From Bacteroidia bacterium (GTDB lineage Bacteria > Bacteroidota > Bacteroidia > Bacteroidales > VadinHA17), in contig JAPLEB010000124.1 of assembly GCA_026391555.1 (NCBI GenBank), forward strand, positions 66,268 to 130,267: DNA of 64,000 nt. Reading direction: 5' to 3'. The notes beneath the pieces were generated by a model. That model had not been told where the DNA came from. It did not search any database and was given only the letters and a program-made list of their open reading frames with translations. The position numbers and the translations under genes are program-made. This document shows positions 20,431 through 30,925 of this stretch, one piece after another. How positions within the stretch are numbered: the stretch's first letter is position 1; each line of letters begins with the position of its first letter.

Positions 20431-21960
20431 ATGAATAAATTAATTACATCATTGGGTATTTTAAGCCAGGTAGGGTTGAGTATGACCCAACTTCATGCCC
20501 AGGAAAAAAAGTTAAATGTGCTGTTTATTGCTGTCGACGATCTGAAACCATTGGTGAGTGCCTATGGTGACAAACATGCCAAAACACCGGGTATGGACAG
20601 GCTTGCCAAAGAAGGTATAGTCTTTCAGAATACTTACTGCCAGCAGGCTATAAGCGGTGCTACACGGGCAAGCTTGCTCACCGGCATGTACCCCGACAAG
20701 ACCAGGGTATGGGATCTGATTACTGATTTCAGGCAGGTAAATCCCAATGCAGTAAGCCTGCCACAGTATTTCAAATCAAATGGTTACGAAACAGCCGGTA
20801 TGGGTAAAATCTATCACATGGGCAGTACAGGTCCGGGCCATGATGCCCCCTCATGGAGCATTCCGTACCGTGATGCAAAAACCGATAAGTATGCCTTATC
20901 TTATAAACCTAATGCGCTTGGCAGAGGTCCGGCTGTTGAATGTGCTGATGTGCCTGACGACACTTACCATGATGGTAAACTGACGGGAATGGCCATTAAG
21001 TTACTCGACAGTCTGAGCAATAATAAAAAGCCTTTCTTTCTGGCTGTAGGGTTTTTAAAGCCCCACCTGCCTTTTGTAGCGCCAAAGAAATACTGGGATA
21101 TGTATGACAGGAACGAATTTGACATTGCTCCTTATCAGAAAAAGGCGCTCAACAGTCCGGATATTGCCTATCACCGTTCAGGGGAGCTTAAAAACTACTC
21201 AGATATACCTGAATTTGACAGTTATTCAGAAAAAGAGCTTGATCATCTTTCAGTTGATAAGCAAAAAGAGCTGATCCATGGTTATTATGCTGCTACCTCA
21301 TACACTGATGCTCAGATTATGCAGTTACTTAATGAACTCGACCGTCTTGGAATCCGCGAGAATACGATAATAGTTTTATGGGGCGACCATGGCTGGCATC
21401 TTGGTGATCATGGCTTGTGGAATAAGCACACAAATTTCGAACAGGCAACCCATACATTATTCATGATGAGTGTTCCAGGACAAAAGCCCGGTCTCAGACC
21501 CGTTACACAGTCTGAATTTGTAGATATCTTTCCTACACTATGTGATCTGACAGGGATTCCGGCACCAAAACATCTTGACGGAATGAGCCTTGTTCCGGCA
21601 ATTAAAAACCCTTCGGCTGAATTAAAAGTTTATTCATTAAGCCAGTATCCGCGTGCAAAAGATGTTATGGGCTATTCAATCCGTACAAAGCGTTTCCGCT
21701 ATACCGTATGGTTTAATAAGGGTTTCAGGACCAACATGGCCTATGACCCGAAATATGTAGTTGCCAGGGAACTCTATGATTATGAAAAAGATCCGCTGGA
21801 AAAGGAAAATCTATTGGATAAGCCTGAATACCAAAAAGATAAAGCAGCCATGGAACAGCTTTTCAAAGAGTGCATGGAACGGGAGTTCAAAAGTAATATA
21901 GAATATACAAAAATTGCAGATTTCAGAGCTCCGGTAAATACAAGTACCAAAGAAGAATAG
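20431..21960 (+). CDS. S1 sulfatase, iduronate-2-sulfatase-like, Ser-type active site
   Basis: Signal peptide, then NVLFIAVDDLKP and CQQAISGATRASLLTGMYPD (S-G-A-T-R where IDS has C-A-P-S-R), then WGDHGWHLGDHG. Confidence 0.9.
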   Translation: MNKLITSLGILSQVGLSMTQLHAQEKKLNVLFIAVDDLKPLVSAYGDKHAKTPGMDRLAKEGIVFQNTYCQQAISGATRASLLTGMYPDKTRVWDLITDFRQVNPNAVSLPQYFKSNGYETAGMGKIYHMGSTGPGHDAPSWSIPYRDAKTDKYALSYKPNALGRGPAVECADVPDDTYHDGKLTGMAIKLLDSLSNNKKPFFLAVGFLKPHLPFVAPKKYWDMYDRNEFDIAPYQKKALNSPDIAYHRSGELKNYSDIPEFDSYSEKELDHLSVDKQKELIHGYYAATSYTDAQIMQLLNELDRLGIRENTIIVLWGDHGWHLGDHGLWNKHTNFEQATHTLFMMSVPGQKPGLRPVTQSEFVDIFPTLCDLTGIPAPKHLDGMSLVPAIKNPSAELKVYSLSQYPRAKDVMGYSIRTKRFRYTVWFNKGFRTNMAYDPKYVVARELYDYEKDPLEKENLLDKPEYQKDKAAMEQLFKECMEREFKSNIEYTKIADFRAPVNTSTKEE

Positions 21961-22024
21961 TAAACTAACTAAACGCAAAATGCTTAACTTTTAACTATTA
22001 ACTTTATGCTATAATCTATCTATC

Positions 22025-22603
22025 ATGAAACAGACCCTTACATTCATCTTAATCTTCCTGGCAGCAATAACCTCGAATGCACAGGTTGTTCTTTTGCAGG
22101 AAACATTTCAGGATTGGACCGCTGAACCGGGTACCCCGCCTGTGGCTCCAAGCAAGGCTTATTCAGGCCTTCCATATTCTATTACGAAAAAACTTTTTGA
22201 CGGAAAAACAGATGGTACTTTTACCTCAAATGCCCTTATTGCTGCTCCGGGCCAGTCTATTGGTTCACCCGGTGCAGCTGAAGGAAACGGGAGCCCGTCA
22301 AAAGGACGTATTGCTTTGAGAGGGACTTCAACTTATCTGCAGCTTCCGGAATTGCCAAGTGTTGGGAAAGTTAATATCAAGGCAAATGCCGGCACGGACC
22401 TTAAGGAATTCAAACTTCAGGTTTCAACCGGAGGTTCTTTTGAAGACATTCCAGGTACTGTAACTGCATGTTCAAAAACGGTGACAAAGTTATTCACTTT
22501 TAACCTCTCTTACTCGTCTCCAACTACTTTAAGAATAGTACCTGTTTCAAACAGTTCTATTTTCTTTTACGATCTGGAGGTTTATTCCTTCCCAAAACGC
22601 TAA
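22025..22603 (+). CDS. Small secreted protein of unknown function
   Basis: Signal peptide MKQTLTFILIFLAAITSNAQ. The domain (ETFQDW...LQLPELPSVGKVNIKANAG.DLKEFKLQVS) resembles an internal domain of the next protein (NFGDGTW...LEFPTVNSLKQIEIHVSGSDTKDFLLKEY). Confidence 0.6.
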   Translation: MKQTLTFILIFLAAITSNAQVVLLQETFQDWTAEPGTPPVAPSKAYSGLPYSITKKLFDGKTDGTFTSNALIAAPGQSIGSPGAAEGNGSPSKGRIALRGTSTYLQLPELPSVGKVNIKANAGTDLKEFKLQVSTGGSFEDIPGTVTACSKTVTKLFTFNLSYSSPTTLRIVPVSNSSIFFYDLEVYSFPKR

Positions 22604-22752
22604 TTAACTCTTTAATAAATACTAATTAAAACTTACTATTATGTGAGACAGGCCCGGCATTTCCTGCTGGTGAAGGAAGAACTATCGTTAACCCACCATT
22701 ATCTTATTCAGATGGAGTTGGAACATATGCTCTTTCAAACTTAGGATACGGC

Positions 22753-24930
22753 ATGTTTACTTATTCAACCGCGGGCGTATCCGATAATTACGCATATAAA
22801 CCATTTGTATCCACACCCATTAGCAGTGGTGTTGTTTATTTATCTTTTTTACTTAATGTAACAGCTGCTGTATCTTCAACCAATTGTGAGGCAATGGGAT
22901 TAGCTGATGGTACCAGTGCCGGCCCCAAGGTATTGATAGGAAAAACAACTACAGGGTTCTACAAAATTGGAACAGTAAGAGGAAAGACATCTTCTGCTGA
23001 TTATAAATACGCTACAGCTCCAACTCAATTAGTTGTTGGTACAGTATATTTGATTGTGTCAAAATATGATTTTGCCACTCAAGAATCATCTGTATTTATC
23101 AATCCTCCTATTGGGTCCACAGTTGAACCTTCTACACCAGAAGCTATTGATAATATTTCTACAACAATCAGAACCCAACTCAGCTCCTTATGGTTTAGAA
23201 ATAATAATGCCAAGGCAAGTAATATTATTAGCGGTGCAAGAGTTTCGACCAGTTGGGCGGCAGCAGTTGCCATTCCTGCAATCCCATTGTCAGTTCCTGT
23301 TGTCGGTTCTGCCGGCAGCATTACTAATTATGGTTTTACCGCAAACTGGACTGTAGTTGCAAATGCAAGCAGCTACGATGTGGCAGTTTATCAGGGAACT
23401 ACCCTGGTTAGTACTACCAATGCAAGTGGTCAGGCTACACAAAGTGTTGCGATCACCGGACTTTCATCTAGTACTTCATATACTTATACTGTTGTAGCAA
23501 AAGGTGATGGATTGGTCTATCGATCCTCTGATCCCTCTTCGGCATCTGCAGGTTTTAATACCGTGGGACTTCCTGCACCTGCAGTTGGTACAGCATCTCT
23601 TATCACTTCATCTGGTTTCACTGCAAATTGGTCGACAGTTACAAACGCAACAGGATATGATGTTCAGGTATATTTATTGACAACCCTGGTCAGCACAACA
23701 AACGTGAGCGGACAGGCTGCAACAAGTTTAGCCATTACAGGTCTTTCAATGGGTACTGCCTATACCTATAAAGTTGTAGCAAAAGGCGATGGATCAACTT
23801 ATCTTGATTCAAGTCCCTCCGTGGCATCTGCTGTTTTCGTAACTACTGCACTTTCGGTAAATACTATCAATACCAACTTTGGAGATGGTACATGGGGAAC
23901 AGTAACTCCTCCACCAGCTAGTCTTCTTCCGGGTGTTTTATATACTTTTTCGGTCAATGGTTTTAGTGTCACTGACGGGGTATTATACGGATCTATACCT
24001 ACCGGCCTTAAAGGAGAAATCCACACTAATGTAATGAGATTAAATAAGAACGTGAATTCCAAATTGGAATTCCCAACAGTAAATTCCTTAAAACAAATTG
24101 AGATACATGTATCAGGATCAGACACCAAGGACTTTTTACTAAAAGAGTATAATTCTGGAACTTCAGCATTTGATATTTCTGTTGGCACCTTTACCCTTGT
24201 TGGGACAGATGAGAATATTTTTATTATTCCCATTACCAGAGATGTACCAACTAAATTCAGAATTGAGAATAACCAAACCAACTCATTGAATATTAATCAG
24301 GTGATTACCCGTACCACCAATCCGACATTGTTATCCATACCCACCATCGGGGTAGCATCTGATATCGTTGGAAATGGGTTCACAGCAAACTGGACACCAA
24401 ATGATGCCAATGCAACAGGATATAAAGTATTTGTTTATGCAACAAGTGCTTCAGGTGCTACTACAACATTGAGGAACACCTTCACAGCCAGTGGTCAGGC
24501 AACAAATAGTTTTGTTGTTACAGGCATTGATACTGCTGCTAATTGCACATATAAAGTTGTTGCTCTTGGTGATGACTATGTTTTATTCTCAGATTCTTAT
24601 CAATCGGCAGCTTCCGCTATCTTTACAGTTGCAGGTATCCCAACTGAGATTTCAGATCAGATTCTTGGAGATAGCAGTTTTAAAGTTTACCCAAATCCAG
24701 TCTCTGAGAATTTGAATATTGAGTATAACATTCAGGATAATGCTAATGTGCAACTTGTTCTATTCAACATTAATAGTCAGGCTGTAAGTACATTAATAAG
24801 TGATAAAAACCACATGGCTGGCAGTTATACCAAAACCTTTGATGTTTCAGGGTTAAAGCCAGGGATTTATTTCGCCAGACTAATGGCAGGAAGATCATCA
24901 AAAACAGTTAAAATTGTGATTAACAGGTAG
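22753..24930 (+). CDS. Multi-domain protein with three Fn3-like repeats and a T9SS sorting domain; no N-terminal signal peptide as called
   Basis: Repeats of GFTANW....NA.(S/G)YDV.VY....V.T.N.SGQA..S..ITGL......Y.Y.VVAKGD occur. The C-terminus is VYPNPVSENLNIEY...GIYFARLMAGRSSKTVKIVINR. The frame is open for 41 codons upstream of ATG 22753, with no start codon in them. Confidence 0.7.
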   Translation: MFTYSTAGVSDNYAYKPFVSTPISSGVVYLSFLLNVTAAVSSTNCEAMGLADGTSAGPKVLIGKTTTGFYKIGTVRGKTSSADYKYATAPTQLVVGTVYLIVSKYDFATQESSVFINPPIGSTVEPSTPEAIDNISTTIRTQLSSLWFRNNNAKASNIISGARVSTSWAAAVAIPAIPLSVPVVGSAGSITNYGFTANWTVVANASSYDVAVYQGTTLVSTTNASGQATQSVAITGLSSSTSYTYTVVAKGDGLVYRSSDPSSASAGFNTVGLPAPAVGTASLITSSGFTANWSTVTNATGYDVQVYLLTTLVSTTNVSGQAATSLAITGLSMGTAYTYKVVAKGDGSTYLDSSPSVASAVFVTTALSVNTINTNFGDGTWGTVTPPPASLLPGVLYTFSVNGFSVTDGVLYGSIPTGLKGEIHTNVMRLNKNVNSKLEFPTVNSLKQIEIHVSGSDTKDFLLKEYNSGTSAFDISVGTFTLVGTDENIFIIPITRDVPTKFRIENNQTNSLNINQVITRTTNPTLLSIPTIGVASDIVGNGFTANWTPNDANATGYKVFVYATSASGATTTLRNTFTASGQATNSFVVTGIDTAANCTYKVVALGDDYVLFSDSYQSAASAIFTVAGIPTEISDQILGDSSFKVYPNPVSENLNIEYNIQDNANVQLVLFNINSQAVSTLISDKNHMAGSYTKTFDVSGLKPGIYFARLMAGRSSKTVKIVINR

Positions 24931-24949
24931 ATTGGTTAGGTATGTAAGA

Positions 24950-24988
24950 AATCTTACGGGTTTAAGAGACCCGTAGGATTCTTTCTTT
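24950..24988 (+). terminator. Putative intrinsic terminator
   Basis: The stem aatcttacgggt / acccgtaggatt pairs at 11 of 12 positions around a 7-nt loop and is followed by ctttcttt. It starts 20 nt after the 24930 stop. Confidence 0.45.
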
Positions 24989-25037
24989 AAAAAAATGTTA
25001 TGTGTTAACAGAGTAGCGATCATAAATAAATAATTAA

Positions 25038-26477
25038 ATGAAAAGTAAAGCAGTAATGAGCATTGCTCTGTCGATTTTAGGGAGTAATGCGCTTATATCA
25101 CAAAGTAAGCCAAACGTCCTTTTTATAATGACCGATCAGCAATCGTACAATATGATGAGCTGTATGGGCAATAAATGGCTGAGCACTCCGAATATGGACA
25201 AGATCGCCATTGCAGGTTATCGTTTCGAGAGAAACTATTGTGTAAATCCGGTGAGCATGCCTTCAAGGTTTTCTCTCCTTACCGGGCATTACGCCTCTGA
25301 GGTTGGCGTAAAGGAGAATACTTCTGCCTACGACGACTCAAAAGTGCAAAAAATTGTTTCTGCCAATGCTTTAGGGATGGTTTTTCGTAAAGCCGGTTAT
25401 GAAACTCTCTACTCAGGTAAGACACATCTTTATGGAACAAAAGATGTGTCTGAGTATGGTTTCACTTTAGATGGTAGAGATCCTTATGATGGTCCGGCTA
25501 TATATGCAGAAAAGGTACTTGATGAGATAGGAAAAGGTAAAAAAAGTAAACCATTTCTGCTCTTCCTGTCTTTCCTGAATCCTCACGACATTTGTTATAA
25601 AGCAGGAATGGATAAACGTTTCCCTGAAGGTCTGTCACCGGAGAATGCGCGTGAGACCGGAAGGCAACTGGCGCTTCAGAAAACTCTCAGCGCCGATGAG
25701 TACCGCAAACAAATTCCTCCCAGACCATCCAACCCTGATCCGATAAATGGTGAACAGGAAGAAATGGTTGTTATGGATATTGACTCAAGAGTTTGGAATG
25801 TAGCTCAATGGGATCTCTATAACTGGATGTATCACAGGTTAACTGAAAGTGTTGATGCTCAGATTGGCAGAGTATTAAATGCCCTTAAGAAAGCAGGACT
25901 CGAAGAGAATACTATAATTGTTTTTACTTCAGACCATGGAGATATGAACGGAGCACATGGATTAGCTTTAAAGAACGTTTTGTTCGAAGAGTGCCAGCGG
26001 GTACCATTTATTTTTGTCGGGAAAGGTATTAAACAGAACTATGCAGATAAGTCAACATTGGTTTGTAATGGATTGGATTTTCTTCCAACTATCTGCGACC
26101 TGGTTGGAATAGAATATCCCAAAGGACTTGCAGGAATCTCCCTTAAGCCTTTTCTTACAGGACAAGGTCCAAAGACTGAACGTAAATATATTATTACTGA
26201 GGACCATAACGGGTATCAGATTAATGACGGAAGATATAAATATACTATTTATGAATTGCCCGGATATCCCGAGATTCTGACTGATATTCAAACCAATCCG
26301 GGAGAAACAATAAACTTTAGTAATGATCCGTCGTGTGCTTTAATCAAATCTTCATTAAAGAAGGAATTGATGGCTGATCTGGCAAAAAGAGGTCTTACTC
26401 CACTGCCGGAAAACAGAACCATTGAAAATATCCGGAAAGCAGAGAAATCAAAAGGTAAGGTAGAGGTGGAATATTGA
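25038..26477 (+). CDS. S1 sulfatase, Ser-type active site
   Basis: Signal peptide, FIMTDQQ, and the motif NPVSMPSRFSLLTGHY (Ser codon AGC at 25254-25256), then FTSDHGDMNGAHG. Confidence 0.9.
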   Translation: MKSKAVMSIALSILGSNALISQSKPNVLFIMTDQQSYNMMSCMGNKWLSTPNMDKIAIAGYRFERNYCVNPVSMPSRFSLLTGHYASEVGVKENTSAYDDSKVQKIVSANALGMVFRKAGYETLYSGKTHLYGTKDVSEYGFTLDGRDPYDGPAIYAEKVLDEIGKGKKSKPFLLFLSFLNPHDICYKAGMDKRFPEGLSPENARETGRQLALQKTLSADEYRKQIPPRPSNPDPINGEQEEMVVMDIDSRVWNVAQWDLYNWMYHRLTESVDAQIGRVLNALKKAGLEENTIIVFTSDHGDMNGAHGLALKNVLFEECQRVPFIFVGKGIKQNYADKSTLVCNGLDFLPTICDLVGIEYPKGLAGISLKPFLTGQGPKTERKYIITEDHNGYQINDGRYKYTIYELPGYPEILTDIQTNPGETINFSNDPSCALIKSSLKKELMADLAKRGLTPLPENRTIENIRKAEKSKGKVEVEY

Positions 26478-26492
26478 ATTCAAAAATAAAGA

Positions 26493-28271
26493 ATGGGAAA
26501 ACTGTTTCTTCTTATTTTATTCCCTGCATTCATCCTGATCGGAAGGGCACAGCAACCATGGCAATCATCGTTAGTTTCAATCTCAGGCACGGGGAAACTG
26601 GTTTATGCTGCCGATAATGAAGGTAACACAATACCTGATTTCAGTCTTGCAGGTTATGGCTGCGGACAAATTGCGATTCCTGATGTTTCTGTACAGGAAA
26701 CTCTCTACCCTGTTTCAGGAGATAACCTGGCAAATATTCAGAATGCCATCAACAGAGTGTCGTTAAAGCCATTGGATGCTAATGGTTTCAGAGGAACAGT
26801 CTTCCTTACCAAAGGATTGTATGAAGTAAATGGGTCAATAATAATTGAGAAATCGGGTGTTGTGATCAGAGGAGAAGGTACTGCAGTTTCAGGCGGGACA
26901 ATTGTCAGAGAAACAGCGACAACACAGCTCGATCTTTTCCTTTTCAAAGGAGCAGGAAGCATCTCGAGAGCAGAATCTTCTAAAGTAGCAATTTCAGAAA
27001 GTTTTGTTCCGACAGGCAGGAAATTAGTGAATGTTTCCAATGCTTCATCTTTTCATGTTGGCGATTCCATCCTGATCTTCCGCCCGGGAACCGATAACTG
27101 GATACACGATCTGAAGATGGATCAGATAGCCAACACAGATGGCACTACAGAACAGTGGATTGCTTCATCATATAATTTGTATTGGGAACGAATTGTTACA
27201 GCAATTGATGGTAATAAAGTCAGCTTCGATAATCCGGTTGTGATGCAGATAGATAATAATTATGGTGGAGGTTACCTGATGCATTATAGCTTCCCAGGCC
27301 GTATATGGAATTGCGGAATAGAAAACCTGCGTCTGGAATCTTCTTTCGCATCAGCTACTGACGAAGCTCACGGCTGGAATGCAATCAATATAAGCAGGGT
27401 TGTAAACAGTTGGGTAAGAAACGTAACCTCTGTCTATTTTGGAATGGGGTGCGTTTATATTGATAATAAATCACGAAATATTTCGGTGCTTAACAGCCAG
27501 TGCCTGGATGCAAAATCAATTATTACAGGAAGCAGACGTTATTCATTCAACTGTGAAGGACAGTTGAACCTTTTTAAAAACTGCTATACAACGGAAGGAA
27601 GACATGATTATGTAACCGGGTCGCGTACATGCGGACCGAATGTATTCACACAATGTAAATCACGCAACACCCATGCCGACATTGGCCCTCACCATCGTTG
27701 GGCTAGCGGAACGCTCTTCGATGTAATAGATACCGATGGTGAAATAAACGTGCAGGACCGTGGAGACTATGGTTCTGGTCATGGCTGGGCAGGTGTTACA
27801 CAGGTACTCTGGAACTGCAAATCTACTGCTACTGCTGTTCAGTCTCCATGGGTGAGTGGTAAGAACTATTGCATCGGCCTTATTGGCGGGAAATATCCTG
27901 GAAGGTTTAACGATCGACCCGATGGAGTATGGGAAGGCTTAAATGTGGCTGGCCTTGTTCCTGAATCTCTATATGAGGCTCAGTTGAACGACAGATTGTT
28001 GACTGCTGTTGTTTCTGAAAAATTTACCAAACAAGAGATCAGATTTTACCCTAATCCCTCAGAAGGCCATTTCAATATAAGTTATACCGGAGATCAATTG
28101 AAATACATTGTCTTAAGTTTATCTGGCAAGAAACTGATGTCTGGTCTGACTTCAGAAAACCCTGTTCTACTTGATATTACAGGCTTCAGCAATGGTATTT
28201 ATCTTATGGAATGTAATGATGGGGAAAAAAGGAGCACACATAAAATTGTCATTAATAAATATACTAAATAA
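26493..28271 (+). CDS. Pectate-lyase-superfamily-like right-handed beta-helix protein with T9SS sorting domain; activity unknown
   Basis: Has a signal peptide. The N-terminal block IPDFSLAGYG...GDNLANIQNAINRV...GTVFLTKGLYEVNGSIIIEKSGVVIRGEG resembles Pectate_lyase_3-type domains. The C-terminus is FYPNPSEGHFNISY...GIYLMECNDG...HKIVINK. Confidence 0.65.
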   Translation: MGKLFLLILFPAFILIGRAQQPWQSSLVSISGTGKLVYAADNEGNTIPDFSLAGYGCGQIAIPDVSVQETLYPVSGDNLANIQNAINRVSLKPLDANGFRGTVFLTKGLYEVNGSIIIEKSGVVIRGEGTAVSGGTIVRETATTQLDLFLFKGAGSISRAESSKVAISESFVPTGRKLVNVSNASSFHVGDSILIFRPGTDNWIHDLKMDQIANTDGTTEQWIASSYNLYWERIVTAIDGNKVSFDNPVVMQIDNNYGGGYLMHYSFPGRIWNCGIENLRLESSFASATDEAHGWNAINISRVVNSWVRNVTSVYFGMGCVYIDNKSRNISVLNSQCLDAKSIITGSRRYSFNCEGQLNLFKNCYTTEGRHDYVTGSRTCGPNVFTQCKSRNTHADIGPHHRWASGTLFDVIDTDGEINVQDRGDYGSGHGWAGVTQVLWNCKSTATAVQSPWVSGKNYCIGLIGGKYPGRFNDRPDGVWEGLNVAGLVPESLYEAQLNDRLLTAVVSEKFTKQEIRFYPNPSEGHFNISYTGDQLKYIVLSLSGKKLMSGLTSENPVLLDITGFSNGIYLMECNDGEKRSTHKIVINKYTK

Positions 28272-28380
28272 TTATTTACGGAAAGTTTAAAAAATAGTTT
28301 CAAGCGTGATTCTATAAACTGGAAGAAGTCGGGAGATTAATGCATTGACCTTAGTATTAAATTAAACCAATCTGTTACAA

Positions 28381-29058
28381 ATGAAAGCTTTTGTTATTAT
28401 ACTGATTATTTCTTTTCTTGGATATGGAGATATCCTGTCTGATAAACTATCCTCGAAACAACAGAACAAGAGAATGATTATTAAGCCTGTATATCTGTCC
28501 GATTCAATAGCTCTTGATAATGAGTATTTCAGAATAATGCGTAATTCAACTTACTGCTCATCTGCTTATACTCCTGGTTTTGGTACACGTGTAATCGTAG
28601 CATTATCAGAAATAGAAGTTCAGAGCAACAAAGGCATTGCGAAACTTAAGCGAGGCGGAGTTGCTGTTTTCCCTGCTGCTGAATCTTATGAATCTCCAGA
28701 TGGGGAATATTTTGAAGTGGCCATCAAAGCAAATTATCCATCTCTGAAAAAACCTGAAGAATGGATTGAGCCTGTAAAAAACACGATAGTATATGAAGAT
28801 GATCAGTTCCGTGTTTTTGAAGAGAGACTTGCCCCGGGGGATACAAGGAAATTGCATAGTCATGCTCAAAGAATTGTTGTGCGCCTTAACGAAGTTCAGC
28901 TCACAGATCCAGGAACCAGGCCAAATGGTACTCCAGGTGGCGGTATTCAGGTTCCAAACACCGCGAAATTTGCAGAACCCGTTGTTCATGTTGTTCATAA
29001 TCTTAGCAAAACAACACCTCTTTTTAACATTGTTATTGAATTTAAGATTAACCAATAA
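28381..29058 (+). CDS. Secreted hypothetical protein, possibly bicupin-like
   Basis: Has a signal peptide. Two halves share the pattern (N/D)..FR(I/V)...........(R/K).(I/V)V.L.E(I/V)(E/Q). The second half contains HSH. The fold call is weak. Confidence 0.45.
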   Translation: MKAFVIILIISFLGYGDILSDKLSSKQQNKRMIIKPVYLSDSIALDNEYFRIMRNSTYCSSAYTPGFGTRVIVALSEIEVQSNKGIAKLKRGGVAVFPAAESYESPDGEYFEVAIKANYPSLKKPEEWIEPVKNTIVYEDDQFRVFEERLAPGDTRKLHSHAQRIVVRLNEVQLTDPGTRPNGTPGGGIQVPNTAKFAEPVVHVVHNLSKTTPLFNIVIEFKINQ

Positions 29059-29112
29059 AAACACTCTATTAACTCATTCAATAAATGAATTAATAATACA
29101 ACATTTTTGAAA

Positions 29113-29682
29113 ATGATCACATTCACCAAAATCCCCTTTCAATTGACTATGTTCTTATTGATTAGTTTATTGAATACCAATTGTCATACTAATACATTAC
29201 CCTCTGCTTTAAAAATTCATTATCAGCCGGAGAGCCCCACGCAATCCTTTGGAATGGCTGAAAACCATTTCAATGCCTTAACTCTGTGGAATTTGCATCC
29301 TTTTTCGTATATGCTGCGGACAAAAAACTTTCCGGATGCCTGTCCATATTCTGACACTGAATTAAAGGTATGGCAGGATTGGATAGTAAATACCTGTTTT
29401 GATGAAATAAATAATGCAGGCCGGAAAGTAGAATTTATTATCCGTGCTCATTCTCATTCGGCTCCCGGGCTTACCCGAATGGCAGTTGAAGAAAACGCCA
29501 ACAGGCTTGGAACAGTCTATATGGATGTGAAGTTTAACTGGTCGCATGGTCATGCAACTCCCGATCTGATGTATATACATGGAGGTTCAAGATCAAAGTC
29601 ATTATGGAAACCGGCGCCAAAGAATTATAAGATGATCTTTACCATAGTGAGCTGCCGGGAGTTTATTAACTATGTTCTATGA
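29113..29682 (+). CDS. Hypothetical lipoprotein with His-rich motifs
   Basis: Start taken at ATG 29113. Possible lipobox LLNTNC; motifs AHSHSAPG and WSHGHATPD. No family recognised. Confidence 0.4.
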   Translation: MITFTKIPFQLTMFLLISLLNTNCHTNTLPSALKIHYQPESPTQSFGMAENHFNALTLWNLHPFSYMLRTKNFPDACPYSDTELKVWQDWIVNTCFDEINNAGRKVEFIIRAHSHSAPGLTRMAVEENANRLGTVYMDVKFNWSHGHATPDLMYIHGGSRSKSLWKPAPKNYKMIFTIVSCREFINYVL

Positions 29683-29755
29683 TTATTAAATTAGTAATAC
29701 TTTATGCCGAAATAATATACAAATAGTATTACTTTTATAGAATATTTTAATCATT

Positions 29756-30925
29756 ATGAAAGAAAGAATTTTATACCTGGACTTGGTTAAGCACCTCGTA
29801 AATAAGCAGGTAACTGTTATTTCAGGAATGCGAAGAGTAGGTAAAACCACAGCTTTAAAATATTTATTGGAACATATAGATTCTGATAATAAAATATATC
29901 TGGACCTTGAAAAAATTGAAAACCGTTTCATTTTTAACCAGCCGACAACTAAAGACGTTCAAATATCTTTGCAAATTGAAGGTATTGATTTTGAACGTAA
30001 AGCATTTATTGCAATTGACGAAATTCAACTTGTTCCTACTATTACAAGCACAATTAAATATTTGTATGATAATTATGATATTAAATTTCTGGTTAGCGGA
30101 TCCAGTTCTTTTTATTTAAAGAATCACTTTACAGAAAGTCTTGCCGGGAGAAAAACCATTTTTGAAATGTTCCCTTTAACATTCAATGAATTTTTAAATT
30201 TTAAGAATGTTGAAGTGTCCTCTTATCCGAGAGAAAAATTTGATGAATTCAATATGACTTTTTACAACAAATATAAAAATCTGTATATCGAGTATCTTAC
30301 TTTTGGTGGTTTCCCTGAAGTAGTTACCTGTTCAAATGAAAAAGATAAACTCAACTACCTGAAAGATATAATCAATTCATACATTGAACTTGATGTTAAA
30401 CTTTTATCCGATTTTTCGCAGTCAGATAACTTATATAAATTAATTCGTTTATTGAGTTCAAGGGCTGGCAACAAAGTGGAATATAATAAGCTGAGTGCAA
30501 TTTTAGGTCTCAACCGACAAAAAGTAAAAGATTATATTTCTCTTCTGAAATATACTTATTTTATCAAATTAATTCCACCCTATTCTAACAATCCGGATAG
30601 AGAAATTGCGATGCAAAAGAAACTCTATTTTGCAGATAATGGCTTACTTAGGGCACTTTCCAATAACAATACCGGTGCTCTACTTGAAAATTCCATTGCG
30701 AACCAGTTATCAAATCATGGCGAGGTTCAATATTATGCCCGAAAAACAGGTCAGGAAATTGATTTCATACTGAATAAAAATATTGCAATTGAAGTGAAAG
30801 AAACTCCGGTTGACTCTGACTTTAATACACTTGAGCGTCGGGCAAAAAGTATTGGGTTAAAAAATTATTTTTTAGTCGGACTGCATCCTGCAACAAAAAA
30901 ATTTGTATGGGCAGGGAGTATTTAA
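29756..30925 (+). CDS. AAA+ ATPase with DUF4143-type C-terminal domain (second, distant paralog)
   Basis: Walker A GMRRVGKT, Walker B FIAIDEIQ, and a C-terminal YFADNG...EIDFIL pattern as in 1011-2135. The gene is noticeably more AT-rich than its neighbours. Confidence 0.8.
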   Translation: MKERILYLDLVKHLVNKQVTVISGMRRVGKTTALKYLLEHIDSDNKIYLDLEKIENRFIFNQPTTKDVQISLQIEGIDFERKAFIAIDEIQLVPTITSTIKYLYDNYDIKFLVSGSSSFYLKNHFTESLAGRKTIFEMFPLTFNEFLNFKNVEVSSYPREKFDEFNMTFYNKYKNLYIEYLTFGGFPEVVTCSNEKDKLNYLKDIINSYIELDVKLLSDFSQSDNLYKLIRLLSSRAGNKVEYNKLSAILGLNRQKVKDYISLLKYTYFIKLIPPYSNNPDREIAMQKKLYFADNGLLRALSNNNTGALLENSIANQLSNHGEVQYYARKTGQEIDFILNKNIAIEVKETPVDSDFNTLERRAKSIGLKNYFLVGLHPATKKFVWAGSI

